This document shows positions 51,651-64,000 of a stretch of 64,000 bases of DNA, in pieces; the stretch's first letter is position 1, and every line of letters starts with the position of its first letter. The notes beneath the pieces were generated by a model. The model was given only the letters and a program-made list of their open reading frames with translations, was not told the origin of the DNA and did no database searches. A program made the translations under genes and the position numbers. Origin of the DNA: Vicugna vicugna. Taxonomy: Eukaryota. The stretch lies in contig MU058793.1 of the NCBI GenBank assembly GCA_013265495.1, positions 64,001-128,000 of the forward strand, read 5' to 3'.

Positions 51651-51855
51651 ACAAGATATTGAATATAGTTCCCTGTGCTATACAGAAAAAAACTTGTTTA
51701 TTTTGTATATAGTAGTTAGCATGTACAATATCTTGTAGTAACCTATAATGAAAAAGAATACATGTATATATATATATATATGTATGATTGAAACATTATG
51801 CTGTACGCCAGAAACTGACACAACACTGTAAACTGACTAGACTACAACAACAAAA
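51651..51855 (+). mobile_element. Short L1 3'-end insertion with 5' inversion and TSD
   Basis: An antisense L1 3'UTR segment (51651-51725) is joined to a sense segment (51726-51855) with an A-rich tail. The TSD is 'aagaagct[a/g]ct' at 51640-51650 and 51856-51866. Confidence 0.85.
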
Positions 51856-51971
51856 AAGAAGCTGCTGAAGAAATGAAGTAGAACAAGATATGTAGGCAAT
51901 TCTAAGCACCCTTAAGATCTGAGAGGTGTTTGAAGAAAAAGTCTTAATTCTCTGCCACTATTCCAAATGCT

Positions 51972-52097
51972 AGAGAGAAAGGGAAGGAAGGAAGGAAGGA
52001 AGGGAGGGAGGGAGGGAGGGAGGGAGGAAGAAAGGGAGGGAGGGAGGAAGGGAGGCAGAGAGGGAAGGAGGCAGGGAGGGAGGGAAGAAAAGAAAAA
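51972..52097 (+). repeat. Polypurine (GGAA)n/(GGGA)n low-complexity tract
   Basis: Directly visible: ~125 nt, almost entirely A/G. Confidence 0.95.
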
Positions 52098-53269
52098 TCC
52101 TGCTGTTCGTTGTGCATTTACTGAATAAGTCCAAGCCAGCCGTAAGTGTGCATGGATTCTTCGGTTGCCATGGCAGAGGGAATGGTTTCTACGTTGTGAT
52201 GGCAGGTGCCATATGTTCAGCTTCAAGTCAACTAATTCCATCACAAAAGGACAAGAGAGCAGAGGGAGACCATGCAGCTCACCTACCCCAAGATTCCAGT
52301 TAGCAGTGAGCTGACTTATAAGGCTCTGTTTGGGGCCTGACCCTGAATATATGTCATAGCCGTGGTCTCTAAGCAAACACATTTGCAAGGGATTCTTACA
52401 CACAGGCCACTATCCCAGGAGCCGGATCAGTATCTACCCCAAATAAACTCCTTATAAGGTGAAAAATGGCCTATGAGGTGATCCGAAAAAGACTTATAGA
52501 TAATAAGGGACACATTCTTTAGGGATGCAACTGAAGCAATCAATGCCCTCCCTTAGGGAGCTAGAACTTAAGACATGCAGAAGGAATGTGTGAATTCTGC
52601 GATCACAAGTAGAATCAAGAAGTGTTTAATCATAGGAGAGAAATTCCAAGTGAGTCTTAAGAGTCAGAAAGTGTCTGGAGCCTTCGAAGCAACATCTCAG
52701 AGGGTGAGTTAGGCACATGCTTGCCCAAACTCTTTCTCCTTTAAGAATTTCATGTTTCATTGTCTGACTCAATGTAACAATCATTCGTGTGATTACACTG
52801 CCAATTAGAACATGACTATCTCCTCTGTCAGAACACTAATGAGTGTTTTGAATGTCCAGGAGATTATTTTTTGGTGTTCTTCCAGGGTCCTGTGAGTAAA
52901 CTGGCTATTCACTGATGAGAAATCTTTTTTCCTCTGGAACTCCACAGTATGCATTATTAAACCCCTCATGCAGTGATTTAAGTGACTCCTGAAGGAGCCA
53001 GAGCCCTTCCAAAACAAGCCAACTATGATAAAAGTACTTTTGATGCTGAGAGATATGGTCCCAATAGCTTTTTTTAATGACCTATATTTTTCTTACTGTA
53101 GACATATATAAGAATACTAGAAAGAGCAGACTCAACCCAGGCGATCCACGCTAATTTGTTGCCTTTATAGCAGTTAAATGATGTCGAAGCTCCAGCTTGT
53201 CGTGCTGGGTGCTTTCTAAACAGGCATCACGATAGGGTTTTCACTTATCAGGGCATCAAATCAATAAGG

Positions 53270-53921
53270 ATAATACAGACAACCCACTAAACAAACGGGC
53301 AAAGGTCTTGAACAGACACTTCATAAAATAATTCCAAATAACCAACTAACAAATCAAAAACCTGCTTAATCTCGCTCATAATCAGAGAAATGCAAACTAA
53401 AACTATAGTGAGATACCACCACACACCCACGAGATTGGCTCAAATTTAGAAGTCTGGCAGTATTGAGTATTAATGAAGATGTGGGGCATTCAGAAGTCTC
53501 TTATGTCGCTGGTAGGAACATAAACTGTGTCAGCCAGTAATACCACTTTGGAAAACAGCTAGGCATTACCCAATAAAATTGAAGAAATGCAAATATTTTT
53601 ACCTAGCAATCACACACTAAAGTATGTGTTCAGAGATACAATTGTGTATGTACACCAATAAGAATGCAACATAGCAACATCACTTGGAATAGTGCCAAAT
53701 AGAAATTTCCCAAGTGCTTGGCAGTACTAGAATGGATACGTAAATCCATTTATTATCAGAATGCTATATAGCATTGAAAATGAACAAACTCCAGCTAAAC
53801 TTGAAGACATGGTTAACTCTATGGAGTAGTCAGTGTTGTTGTCAGAAAGGCAATTAATGGGTACTTGACCCAGATGGTGGACATATACACTTTATTCGTT
53901 ATATGTATACACGTGCATGTG

Positions 53922-53968
<47 letters not shown>

Positions 53969-54010
53969 TCACTCCTCGGTAAGTTATATTTCACAATAGA
54001 AAAACATTTA
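53270..54010 (+). mobile_element. L1ME-type ORF2-end/3'UTR fragment
   Basis: 'gggcaaaggtcttgaacagacacttcat', 'aatcagagaaatgcaaa', 'gagataccac' and 'accactttggaaaacag'. Confidence 0.8.
53925..53965 (+). repeat. (CA)n microsatellite, ~20 units
   Basis: Directly visible. Confidence 0.97.
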
Positions 54011-56184
54011 AAGGAAATTCAGTATCCCACAGGTGCCTCAGGTAAAAACTAACAATATTTGCTTTTGTGATGACTTAATCCAAAAGTTTGGAGTGTAATG
54101 CAAACACATCTCAGTAGCCATCTAGGAATGCATTTTCCATTCATCTATTTCACCCTTTCTTGGAGCTGTTTATATTGTCTACCTAACAACTCTTTGGAAT
54201 AATGAGTTTCACAGAGACACATGTAAAGAAAAATTGTAGAGGGGCCAGAGGAAGGTTTCAGAGAGCTACGGTTCTTTAGGAAGGAAAAAAAAAAAAGAGA
54301 GAGAGAAAGAAAGAAAGAAATACATCCATCCTCTGCAAGGGAGCAGGGACTCAGAAATAGAGGATCCTCATCAAACTGTGTGTTTCCTCTGATGAGCTCT
54401 TGTTATGATAATTATTATCACTCCAAAGATGCTGATAATTATATTTAGACAGTTTTAAAAGCAATATTGTATAATATTTTCCCCCATTTAACACTAGCAT
54501 CAGAGCTGATGAATACTCAGTCAGATGAAATGCAGGGCTGCTGGTTTGTCCACAAAGTGTTCCCATCAACCGTGTAAGTGAGTTTTATAATGTATACATT
54601 ATAGCAGGGGGAAAAACACACTCTTTTGGAAAGGACTGATTCTTGGCGCATAATCAGTTCCCATTGAATTTAAATGACTTTTGGTCCTACACCGATGCTG
54701 ATAAAATACTTTCAAATGTACAGAATATTAACCAAATGTTTATATTAAACATCTCCTTTCAGGTGAAAATGCGCTCGGTGAAGCGTAGCTCCCTGGAGCA
54801 AGTTAGTGAATATTAATGTTCAGCAGATCATAAGGAGCTACAAGTCCTCCGATGTAAGAGGCCGAGGGGGAGATAAAAGAGCAAGGTTGGTGGATGGGCC
54901 CTGCCAGGGGAAGGTACAATCACATTGGACATAAACTCATTGAGATGGAAATGGAGTTTGAAACACACGCAGTTGGGGCTGTCAGAAACTAGGAAGCCGG
55001 CATGGGCTAGAGAGGAAGAGCATAGCCTCTGGCCTGTGTTTCCAGACTCAACCAAGCTGCAGACCAAAGCTGACCTCTGACCTGCCCGGGGGCCCGACAG
55101 CAGAGATCTACATGACATGCTTCGTAATTAATACCAGCCAATTGCCAGTTAATCATGGGCCTCGTTTCGGGTAAGTGAAGGTCGCTTACCACACGAAGCA
55201 TTTGGACTTACATTATTACAGTATTTCAAATTTGCCAAAGCACAGTGTCCATTTCCGACGATCATTGTTTATTTATCTACAGGTTTCAGGAAATCACATC
55301 TTATATGGGACACATAGATACTCAGCATCCAGGAAATCTATACATATTTTAGAAGGAAGACAACTTTCATCAACCAGGCTGGAGATCAAAATGAACACTC
55401 TGCATGGCTGGTGGTGGGGAAAAGGCCATACTGGGGAACAAGAGATTCAGCAGCAAGGCCCAGTTCTGACTAGAATGTTGGTAGGATTTTGGTCAGCCAG
55501 CCCCACTCTGGACTTCCGTTCCCCTATCCATAAAATGAGGATATTAACATTTCCGGTAATCAGTGTAAAGTGCTTTGAGCAGCTTGGAAGAACCATACTC
55601 TAAAAGCATAAAGGACTATTTTTTAACCTAGTGTTAATAATGCTTTCAAGTTTGATGCATGTTTAAGTTCTTCTGTTGTGGTGGTTATAGTTTAATTATA
55701 TCTCTAGTAGCTACTTTAAAAATTACCAGGGTTAAATCTCCTCAGATTTATTCAAGTTCAGAATGAACAATGGTAGAGGGAAACATGTTATTATCTCCAT
55801 TTTACAGATCACAAGGTATCAGGCCTGAAAAATCCTTCTCAAGAAGACTTTGTAGAATGACCTTGGGGGTCATTCCTAAATTATCCCAAAATATTGACTT
55901 TCTCTAATTTTCCAACACTATTTCCAGGAAAGCACAGTATAGAATTTTCTCTAAAATTAAATTCAAATCTCTCTAATGGTATCTTACATCTATATGAGGA
56001 ATCATAAGCTTGCAGATCTAGACTCCATAGAAGACTGTCACCCAGTGACTATATTTGGCAGATGAAGTCGATGCTGGGGCTCAGAGAGAGTTAAGTGACT
56101 GGCTCAAAATCAACACAGCTAATGGCTGAGCCAAGACTACATCCCCATACAAATGCCTTCCCTCTTACGCTAAATTGCCTTCGG

Positions 56185-57060
56185 GCCTATTGTCAATCAG
56201 ACATTTATCAAGCACCCACCAAGCCTTGGGTCTCTGCTTGGTTGCAAGGCAGACATTGGGCACTCATCAGTAAACACTTACAGAGCTCCAGCGTGAAAGT
56301 GAGAGCAGAAAAACAAATAAGCATAAGATTCCTCCTTCTGCTCTAAGAGTTTACAATCCAGCTGAGAAGAAAAGTTAGATGTTTAGCACATTACCAGATA
56401 AAACAATACACAGTCAACAGGCCAGACAAAATGAATTCTAAAGTTAAGAGACAGGCTCACTAAGCCATGTCCTCTGTCCTCTGGGACACCATTCTCAAAT
56501 ATTAATGTTTATATGAGTCCACCTAAGGATGTTGTTCAAAGAGTTTCTGATACAGTGTATCTGGAATAGAGTCTGACACCCTGATTTTCTAACCAGTTTC
56601 CAGGTGAAACTAGTGCTGCGGGTCCCAGGATCACACTTTAAGGCCACAAGGCGGTAGGAGCTCACTCAAGCAAGGAGGCAAGCACTGGAAAAGGACATGA
56701 TACTTTCCACCCCAGATCAGGAACACACTTCTGTAGGAGCAGCAGGGAGGACATGATGATTCATTCTGCCTGGATAGGGAGACAGGAAAGTGTCTTGGTA
56801 TATTTCATGGGGAGGGGTTGTTTGAGGTGATCTTTGAAGAATGAGTAGCATTTTTCAAGGTAGAAGAAGGAAAGATGCGTGTGCTCAGCCAACAGCATGA
56901 ACTAAGCAGCAGAGCAAAGCACAATATACTGCACGTTCAGGGAGCAGTGAGGGAGAAACACATGGTTCTAAGGGGTATAGACTGGAATGGAAGGGACAGC
57001 AGGAGCCAAGTCTAAAAAAGCGATTGACTGGATTGTGAAAGACATCACATTTTAAAAGTC
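56185..57060 (-). mobile_element. L2 fragments interrupted by a MER5-like MITE (~56490-56650)
   Basis: L2 'acatttatcaagcacc', 'agagtttacaatccag' and 'tctttgaagaatgagtag'. MER5-like 'ttccaggtga...gctgcgggtcc..ggatcacacttta'. Confidence 0.6.
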
Positions 57061-57934
57061 CAAACATTTAATAGTGGGATTCCAGAAATGAGAAACTGGT
57101 GGGCGGCACATCTTGGTGGGTAGGTCTTCATGCCGCCCTTTCAGCTAAACCATGTGGCCAACGTGTGACCCCGTCTGCTCCTGGATTCAGCTCTGCTTTC
57201 AAATTTTAATGGGATGTCAGAGAGGTTTTCAAAATTCCATGATTGATAAGGCATAATCTATCCCTTTCACTGGGAAAATTAAGCTGTTTTTTAAAAAGCA
57301 CTTAGCATTTCAAGGGTTCTTTTCCAGGCGCCTCCACAATCTATGAAGCTACAAACTTTATTTAGCAATTACAGACAGACTACTACTGCTTACAGGGTTG
57401 TATTCTTCCATTCTGCTTCAGATTTCAGTCCAGCTGTTCTGGGATCTTTTATTTTAGAAACTGGAAAACCAGGGCTATTAATAGTCAGGCAGCTAATTTA
57501 AATCTGATAATGTGCTGACACTTGGCTGCATACTTCAGCACAGATGCCCGTGTGTACAATGTGTATTTATTTCTGTACAAATGTGTACATGCATATGTAT
57601 AAATAACAGCAAATACTATGAAGTCAACACTTAATATTTCACAGGGCCACCTGGGAGTTATCCTCTGCCTCATAAAAGAGGACACTCCTTGACATGGAAA
57701 AATCATTTAGAAGGTGATTTAAACCTTCAGGCTCGGGGTTCTGAGTTACTAAAATATGGGAGGATTATAGTTACATACAACCCTTTTCTGGGTGGAAAAG
57801 AGATCCATAAAAACCACAGAATTCTAGCTGTATCTCCTTATACTTGCCCTCATCCACCTTACACTGCAAACTACTCACTACTGACCATACACATCCTACA
57901 GTTTCCCTCTTCTTGCTCAGGTGATTCCCTATAT

Positions 57935-58125
57935 GTACTGGGTAAGAGTTTGGGCTTTGGAATTATCCTTGGGTTCAAGTTCTAGCCCTGTTATTTTCTA
58001 GCCGTGCGATTTGGAGCAAATTACTTACTAAACTGAGTTGTTGCCTCATGTGTACAGTGGCGACAGTCACTTACATCAAAGGACTATTGTGAGGATCAAA
58101 TGAGATAATGAGCACTTAGCACAAT
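57935..58125 (+). mobile_element. MIR SINE
   Basis: 'gggttcaagttctagc...tattgtgaggatcaaatgagataatg'. Confidence 0.75.
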
Positions 58126-59399
58126 GTGCATACCTAACTCCTGGTGAGAGACATCAGATCAGTGGTTGCCTGCAGTGAAGGGTCATGGGGCGTTGCTTGG
58201 ATAGAGGCACGAGAAACTTCCTAAGGTAATAAATATGTTGTACATCTTTATGGGAGTGGTAGTTACATGCATATATTTTCTCTATCAAATATATGTAATT
58301 ACTATTATAATCAATTCCTCTGTATATCTAAATTCTGTCCATTTTTCAAAGTTTACCTTAGACACCATCTTTTCCATGAGGCTTGTGATTGTTTCCTCAA
58401 TCAGAAGAGATCCTGTTTTACTTTGAACCAACATTCTTGTTTATACTTTTAAGACACTTAAATTCTACCTGGTGTTAAGGTCTAGCTCTTCGTACATATC
58501 TCTCACCATCATGACTAGATATTCAGCCCTTTGATGAGGTACACCTGAGTGATTTTGAGACCCTGCACTGTATACATTCTTCATCCTTCCATTAAATCAT
58601 TGTAGAAAGAGTGAATTCAATATAACCGTACCTGTGGGACACATACTACTACTTGATCCCATTTCAGACCCTCCATATATTCGAAGTCCTCTCCAAGATT
58701 TCCATAATCACAGTTTCCTTTCACGGTGGCTATGTAGTTTAACTCTCTTGTTTTGATCCAATCATAAAATCCCATGCCATTTTTTTTTATCATTGACATA
58801 TGTACACTATTTGCCCTAGACACACATGTGTGAAATAGACTTTACCAAAGACTTGACGAACACAGTTGCAAGGAGGTGGGGATATCAAAGCCAAGTCAAG
58901 AGCTGCAAACAAAGCCAGCCTGTTCTCTTAAACGTCCGTGCATCCCTCCTGCACCGGAGGTTTTATACTGACCCTTCAGCTCATTTAGCTTCCCAGTCTT
59001 TACCATCACCTTTTCTGTTCTCTCTGCTCCTTCCAGTCTCTCTTCTTTCTTCTCAGGAGCTAGAACAAATATCTTGCTTTGTCTCAGGTGGAGAAGTTCA
59101 GCCATTATTCTTATTTTGCCTAAGTCCCAGCCAACTCCTGTGCTCTCAGAGTCTCATCTTGCACTCTAGCATTTATTTATGTTATTTTTCCACCTCAAGC
59201 AGCTTCCTCCCCCAAAACAATTTTGGTGACAGTAGTGACAATGATTTTCATCCCTGTTACAGAATGTCCAAACCAAAGCATGGAGGGGAGGAAGAATGAA
59301 ATAAGCCAAACCAAAAGGAAAGACGGATGGCCCCTTAAACTAGATCAAGAGGGAATGAGAGCTGAGAGGCCCACCTCATAAATCACCCACCTGACTTAC

Positions 59400-59490
59400 C
59401 AACAGTAGCAACACCGTACTGGAAGCACCACCTTGAGGAGAAGAGATGGGAATCCTGGAGTGGAAAACAACTGAGTTGTTCCAACAGCCA
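59400..59490 (-). other. Candidate 91-nt internal exon of an unidentified minus-strand transcript
   Basis: Minus strand reads 'tttttggcttttattttactctcacaacctcag|TGGCTG...CTGTTG|gtaagtcag'. Confidence 0.4.
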
Positions 59491-59944
59491 CTGAGGTTGT
59501 GAGAGTAAAATAAAAGCCAAAAAGGATGACTTTCATCTCATAATAATAATATTTTTGCAAATGACTAAAGAAAAGAATATATGTGTTTGACAAGAAAAAT
59601 TTGCCTAGAACAAGTGGGAAAGAAGAGATAGTTTAGTTATGGCCAAGAGATCTATAAATTGGGTACAGCTGTGTGAACAATGTAACATGAGGGAATATTA
59701 ACTGGAGAATTCTTTGCTGTCTTTCTGAAACTGAGAATAGAGTGCCATCCCTTGTGGAAGAGTCCTCCTCTATTGAAGGCTAGCCAGATAAACCTGTGTT
59801 TATCCCAATACCTACCATTCTAAATTGGTCGGTGTTCATCTAATTTATCAGTGCTCTAAGTAAAAACGTAATACTGAACACTTGACACTGCATAAAATGT
59901 AGAATGTCATCCAGAAACACGGGAAACATAAAGAACCTTAAAGA

Positions 59945-60442
59945 CAAGGTTCTCAACCTTGTCTGAACGTGAGAATCACCCTGCAGAGTTTTTAAATCCT
60001 TGATTCCCAAGCCACACTTCAGGTCAATTAATCAGAAGCTGGGAGTGGTACTTAGACATAAGTAGGTGTTTTTCTGTTTGTTTTTGTTTTTTTATTGCCT
60101 CGTATTAAGGAAAACAATCCAAAACTTGGAAATAAGCAAAAAATATAACCATATAGCCTTTCAGTGTCATGCTGGAGTATTGTCTAACAGGCCCACCCAA
60201 AAAGTACCTAATTCTTTAGGGTAATATACCTTCATTTAATTTACTGTCGGCTAGGATATTCCAAACTGTAAGACTAGACCTTGCCTTGTAAAGTGGTTCT
60301 CAAACCTTGGTATATAACAGAATTACCTAGAAAGCTAAAAAAGAATAAGAGCCCCGGCTTACTAAAGTACAATAGGGTTTGGGTGTAATTTTATTATGTT
60401 CCCAGGTGATTGTGACACATGCCCATGTTTGATAGCCACTGC
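59945..60442. mobile_element. Two MER5-like MITE remnants (~59945-60065 and ~60292-60442)
   Basis: 'ggttctcaacctt...gagaatcacc' and 'agtggttctcaaa...cccaggtgattgtga...agccactg'. Confidence 0.6.
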
Positions 60443-60899
60443 TGTATAAGTCTGATAGCAATGCTGTAGATTCTGGTCCAATAACAATGCAAATACATTT
60501 TTCCCAGTAGAGATGCTAATCATTCCTATCCAATTCTAAGATTGCAGTTTTTTGCCCCATAGGACACTAACCAGTTTTGTATCTTATTCCAGCATTTTTT
60601 CAGGACTTATATCTATTTGGTCTTTCTAATTCTCTTTGAAAATATCCTGCTGGTTCTTTCTTAATGATTCAAATAAATCTTTGGCAAGAACTCACTTTAC
60701 ATTCATATGAGAGTCAACTCTTCAACTTTTGAAAATTATACTTTGACACCAGGTGATAACACTGTGCATCCAAGATGGGATTCAATGCTATAGATAGAAG
60801 CCAAAAATGCTGGGAGGCATCCAAAGAGAAACCACTGTTTTCTCCACACCAAGCATAATAATCTACTATCCTTGTAAGTCTTTAATGAGTCCCACCTCA

Positions 60900-61150
60900 G
60901 AATAATAAAAATTAATACTTACTGAGTATTTACTATTGCCAAGCACTATTCTAAGAGCTTCACATGCATTGCTAATTCTTTATGCTTACACAACCCTAAA
61001 AGATAGGTACTCTCATCTTCATCCCAGTTTTACAGGTGAGAGAACCAAGGCATGAAAAGTTTAAGTAACTTGTCCATATTCACACGGCTGATAAATGACC
61101 GAGCAGGGATTTGCACCTAGGGAATGTGAACATACCTGGTACTGCCTACA
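60900..61150 (-). mobile_element. MIR SINE
   Basis: 'tactgagtattta...ttttacaggtgagagaaccaaggc...ttaagtaacttgtcc'. Confidence 0.8.
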
Positions 61151-62339
61151 CCCTTCATGGCTAAATCATGCCTCTCTTCAAAAAGGAACTGGAAAGATCC
61201 ATCTTGAGGGTCATTTATTCAGTTCATGGAAGCCTTCATCTGGGTACCTGAATTATTTAACAAAGCAAGGCAAGCCAAATATTCATACCCGTATAGCGGC
61301 TTTCTTTGGCAAGGTTATAATAATCCCCTCATTGTTTCCCCAACCCCCATATTAGGAATCATTTTGATAAGGGCAGATGTCCAACATCTCAACGTAAGCG
61401 TCTTGTAAGCTGAACAGAAATCTTGATTGGTATCCAAGAGGAGACACTCAACGTTGTATGGAAATTTGAAACCCTTGTCATGTAATTCCATGGATTCTCA
61501 AAGTACAGTAATAAAAGTATAAAAATAAGAGAGAGAAATATTTTAAATTTCCTCCTAATTTAAACTCATACGCAAATTGACATTTGGGCAGGTCCATCAG
61601 AAAGCACTTGGTGAGAAATCATCTGTGCACTAAGTGCTTTTTATACCATGAGCAAAGGTCTGAATTGTAAGTAATATTGGCAAGAACAAGCTATAAGTTA
61701 AGATGCAAATCCAAATCGAGTGTGCGGTGTTCTGGCTTCAAGCCTGGTAATTGAATTTCCAGTTTATTATCCTTAATGTTTTTTAATGTGAGTTTGCAAT
61801 TCAAGTCAAAATGGAAAGCTGCTCCTCCAAATCGTTCCCCTGAAGCACTTCCAGGAACAATTTCTTTTCAGAATCAAGAAATAGTTTTGGGTCAGGAGTG
61901 CACTTTACTTTTTCAAACTCTAGAAAAGTCTGTTCCCGGGATGTAATAAACCATGGATCCACTGAAGGACACCAAGCTGGAGACAAAGGATTCAAGATTC
62001 TGAACCTGAAACTGGAGTTTCTTATGGAAATGAGAAAGCTCAATACTGTGAGCTGGTTAAGAAGCCAAGCTTCAGCTGGGAATTCCAAGGGCCATGCGTG
62101 GTAGATGGGGGGGACTACATTTCAAATGAAATCTGCTACTATCCTCCCCCAACAGTCTGAACCTTTTGGTTAAAACAACTAGACTTTATCAGAAGCCCAC
62201 TCTCGCATTTCTTTTTCCTAAAGCTAGCCCTGAATCAAGTCTGAGGACTAAATTGCCTTATTGCCTTGAACTAGCCTTATTAATGGGGTAGGAGGTTTAA
62301 AGGTGTTAGCTATCTTATTGTAATAATAATGACAATAAC

Positions 62340-62590
62340 AAAGACAATAACTATAAACCTAACTTAATGAGCCTTTACCATTTTGCAAGTTATATTCAGC
62401 TTTATGCATTATTTATTATAAAATGTATCTCATAATAGGCTTGAAAGGTAGGTTATTGTCCCCCAATTTCATAAAGTAAAACTGAGATTTAGAGATTTCT
62501 AGTAATTTTCCCAAGATGATATAACTGGAATGGGGACTGAGGATTCACATTCAAACCTGCTCTGAAGATTGTGCTTTTTATTACTATGCT
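62340..62590 (-). mobile_element. MIR SINE
   Basis: 'aaaactgagatttagaga...taattttcccaagatgat'. Confidence 0.7.
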
Positions 62591-62637
62591 AAGGGACTGT
62601 ATCCTTTGGCTTTTCTTTAAAAATTATTTAAAATTCT

Positions 62638-62700
62638 TGTGTGTGTGTGTGAATGTGTGTATGTGTGTGTATGAATGTGTGTATGTGTGCATATGTGTGT
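62638..62700 (+). repeat. Imperfect (TG)n microsatellite
   Basis: Directly visible. Confidence 0.9.
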
Positions 62701-64000
62701 AAAGAGAATGAAGAAGAAAGCAAAAATGTACCATAAACTCATTGCCTACACGTGCACGTGGCATGAAAATACAAGTGTAGTAATAGCTGAAGATGAAAAT
62801 TAAAAGATTTCCCCAATGGCAACCACTTGCACATTTTCTTAAATAGCCTACCAATAAAAAGTACTCTGTACTGATTCACAAGATACATATATTTCCTCCT
62901 TCCTTTTTTTGTTTTGTTTCCTTCTCCATATTGTTATTCATTCATGAGACAATCCCATATACACTGGCATACCCTAGCTTTTACTTTCATGTATTATATC
63001 TTGGTGCTCTTTCTGTCTCTGCATGTTTATATATATAAACATATATATTTTAAACAATCATTTAGTATTCCATTAATTTATTTAACTAGCTCCTGATGTG
63101 TTAATTTAAATTACATAATTTTAATAGAAAACTTTAGTACAATGAATATTCTTAAGCATGTATTTTGACACAGTTTTGTGAGTATATCCATAGGGTAAGT
63201 ATAGAGCAGTCAGCCATTTTTAGTCAGGGATCCTATACATTTATTAAAATTCCTGTAGGCATTGCCAAACTTCCCTCTATAGAGGCTGCATCGATTCACT
63301 GTCACCAACAGACTACGAGTAGTGCTTTTAACTGTGTCTACTTACTTTCACATCCATGTCACTTGATGCTCCCACCTACGTCATGAAGCAGGTAGACTAT
63401 AGACGCCACTCTTGAGCAAGAGTCAACGCTAGAACCCAGATGTTCTGATTCCAAGTACAGAATGCTTTCCTCGTACAAATTAACTTTAAAGATGCAAAGG
63501 TAAATAAAAGGTCAATACCCTCTGATTCTATCTCTGTCAGTTAAAGAAAGCAAATGCAACGGAGAATTTGTGGCTCAGGGTTCTGGGATAAAGGCTTTAA
63601 CCAAGCTTGGAAACTACTAAAATACCGCTTACTTAGAGTTTGGGATTGAGCCATAGCCTTCTATTGTTCAAAGGCATTTTCCTTTATAATAATTCCATGG
63701 AAAGAAAAACTACTTGAAAGCTGTATTTATTAAAAAGCCCCAAAGGCATTTGAACATCAATGTACATTTTTCTTTTTTATAGAAAAATCATAGTTAAGTG
63801 TAAATGAATGTCAACATGTGGTTTATATTTCCTTTAAGATGTATGTTGGCTTTAAAAACTAATGGAAATAACTTAGGAGAAATAGACTCCATAATACGGT
63901 GAATCTAAAATATGTAGAACATTTGGAGCAAATCAACATGGCAGGACGGTTCCTTACAGAGGAGATCTTCTGACTTCTCACGTGAGATTTCAAAGAGGAA

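Noticed and set aside
51912..52403. Longest ORF (163 aa, minus strand)
   Set aside because: Its length comes from read-through of the polypurine repeat (PPSL/PSF runs).
1..64000. The ORFs in the six-frame track as protein-coding genes
   Set aside because: All are 163 aa or shorter, many start at TTG/GTG, many overlap repeats, and none shows a recognisable domain apart from L1 debris. This is expected by chance in mammalian non-coding DNA.
1..64000. Naming the host gene or locus
   Set aside because: No coding exon was recognised, so any gene name would be a guess without a BLAST search.

Overview
Mammalian non-coding DNA, most likely camelid. The taxon is inferred from a tRNA-Ala-derived Vic-1-type SINE at ~24.7 kb and young artiodactyl-style L1 3' ends. 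The window is AT-rich and CpG-poor, and it is dominated by old eutherian repeats: MIR, L2, L1M, MaLR/ERVL/ERV1 LTRs and hAT/Tigger MITEs. I found no credible protein-coding gene, true RNA gene or prokaryotic feature. The supplied ORFs look like chance ORFs, and the only recognisable protein residue is a decayed L1 ORF2 on the minus strand. It reads as a large intron or gene desert. The best-supported unusual structures are: a ~99%-identical 2-kb head-to-tail duplication (6597-10581) whose differences all sit in the middle of the unit; a twin-primed (5'-inverted) L1 with a TSD; two short local copy events; a candidate 91-nt minus-strand exon; and several repeat-free islands with clustered transcription-factor motifs. 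I do not see evidence of a genuinely new biological system. All repeat names come from by-eye recall of consensus sequences, and boundaries are approximate unless stated otherwise.
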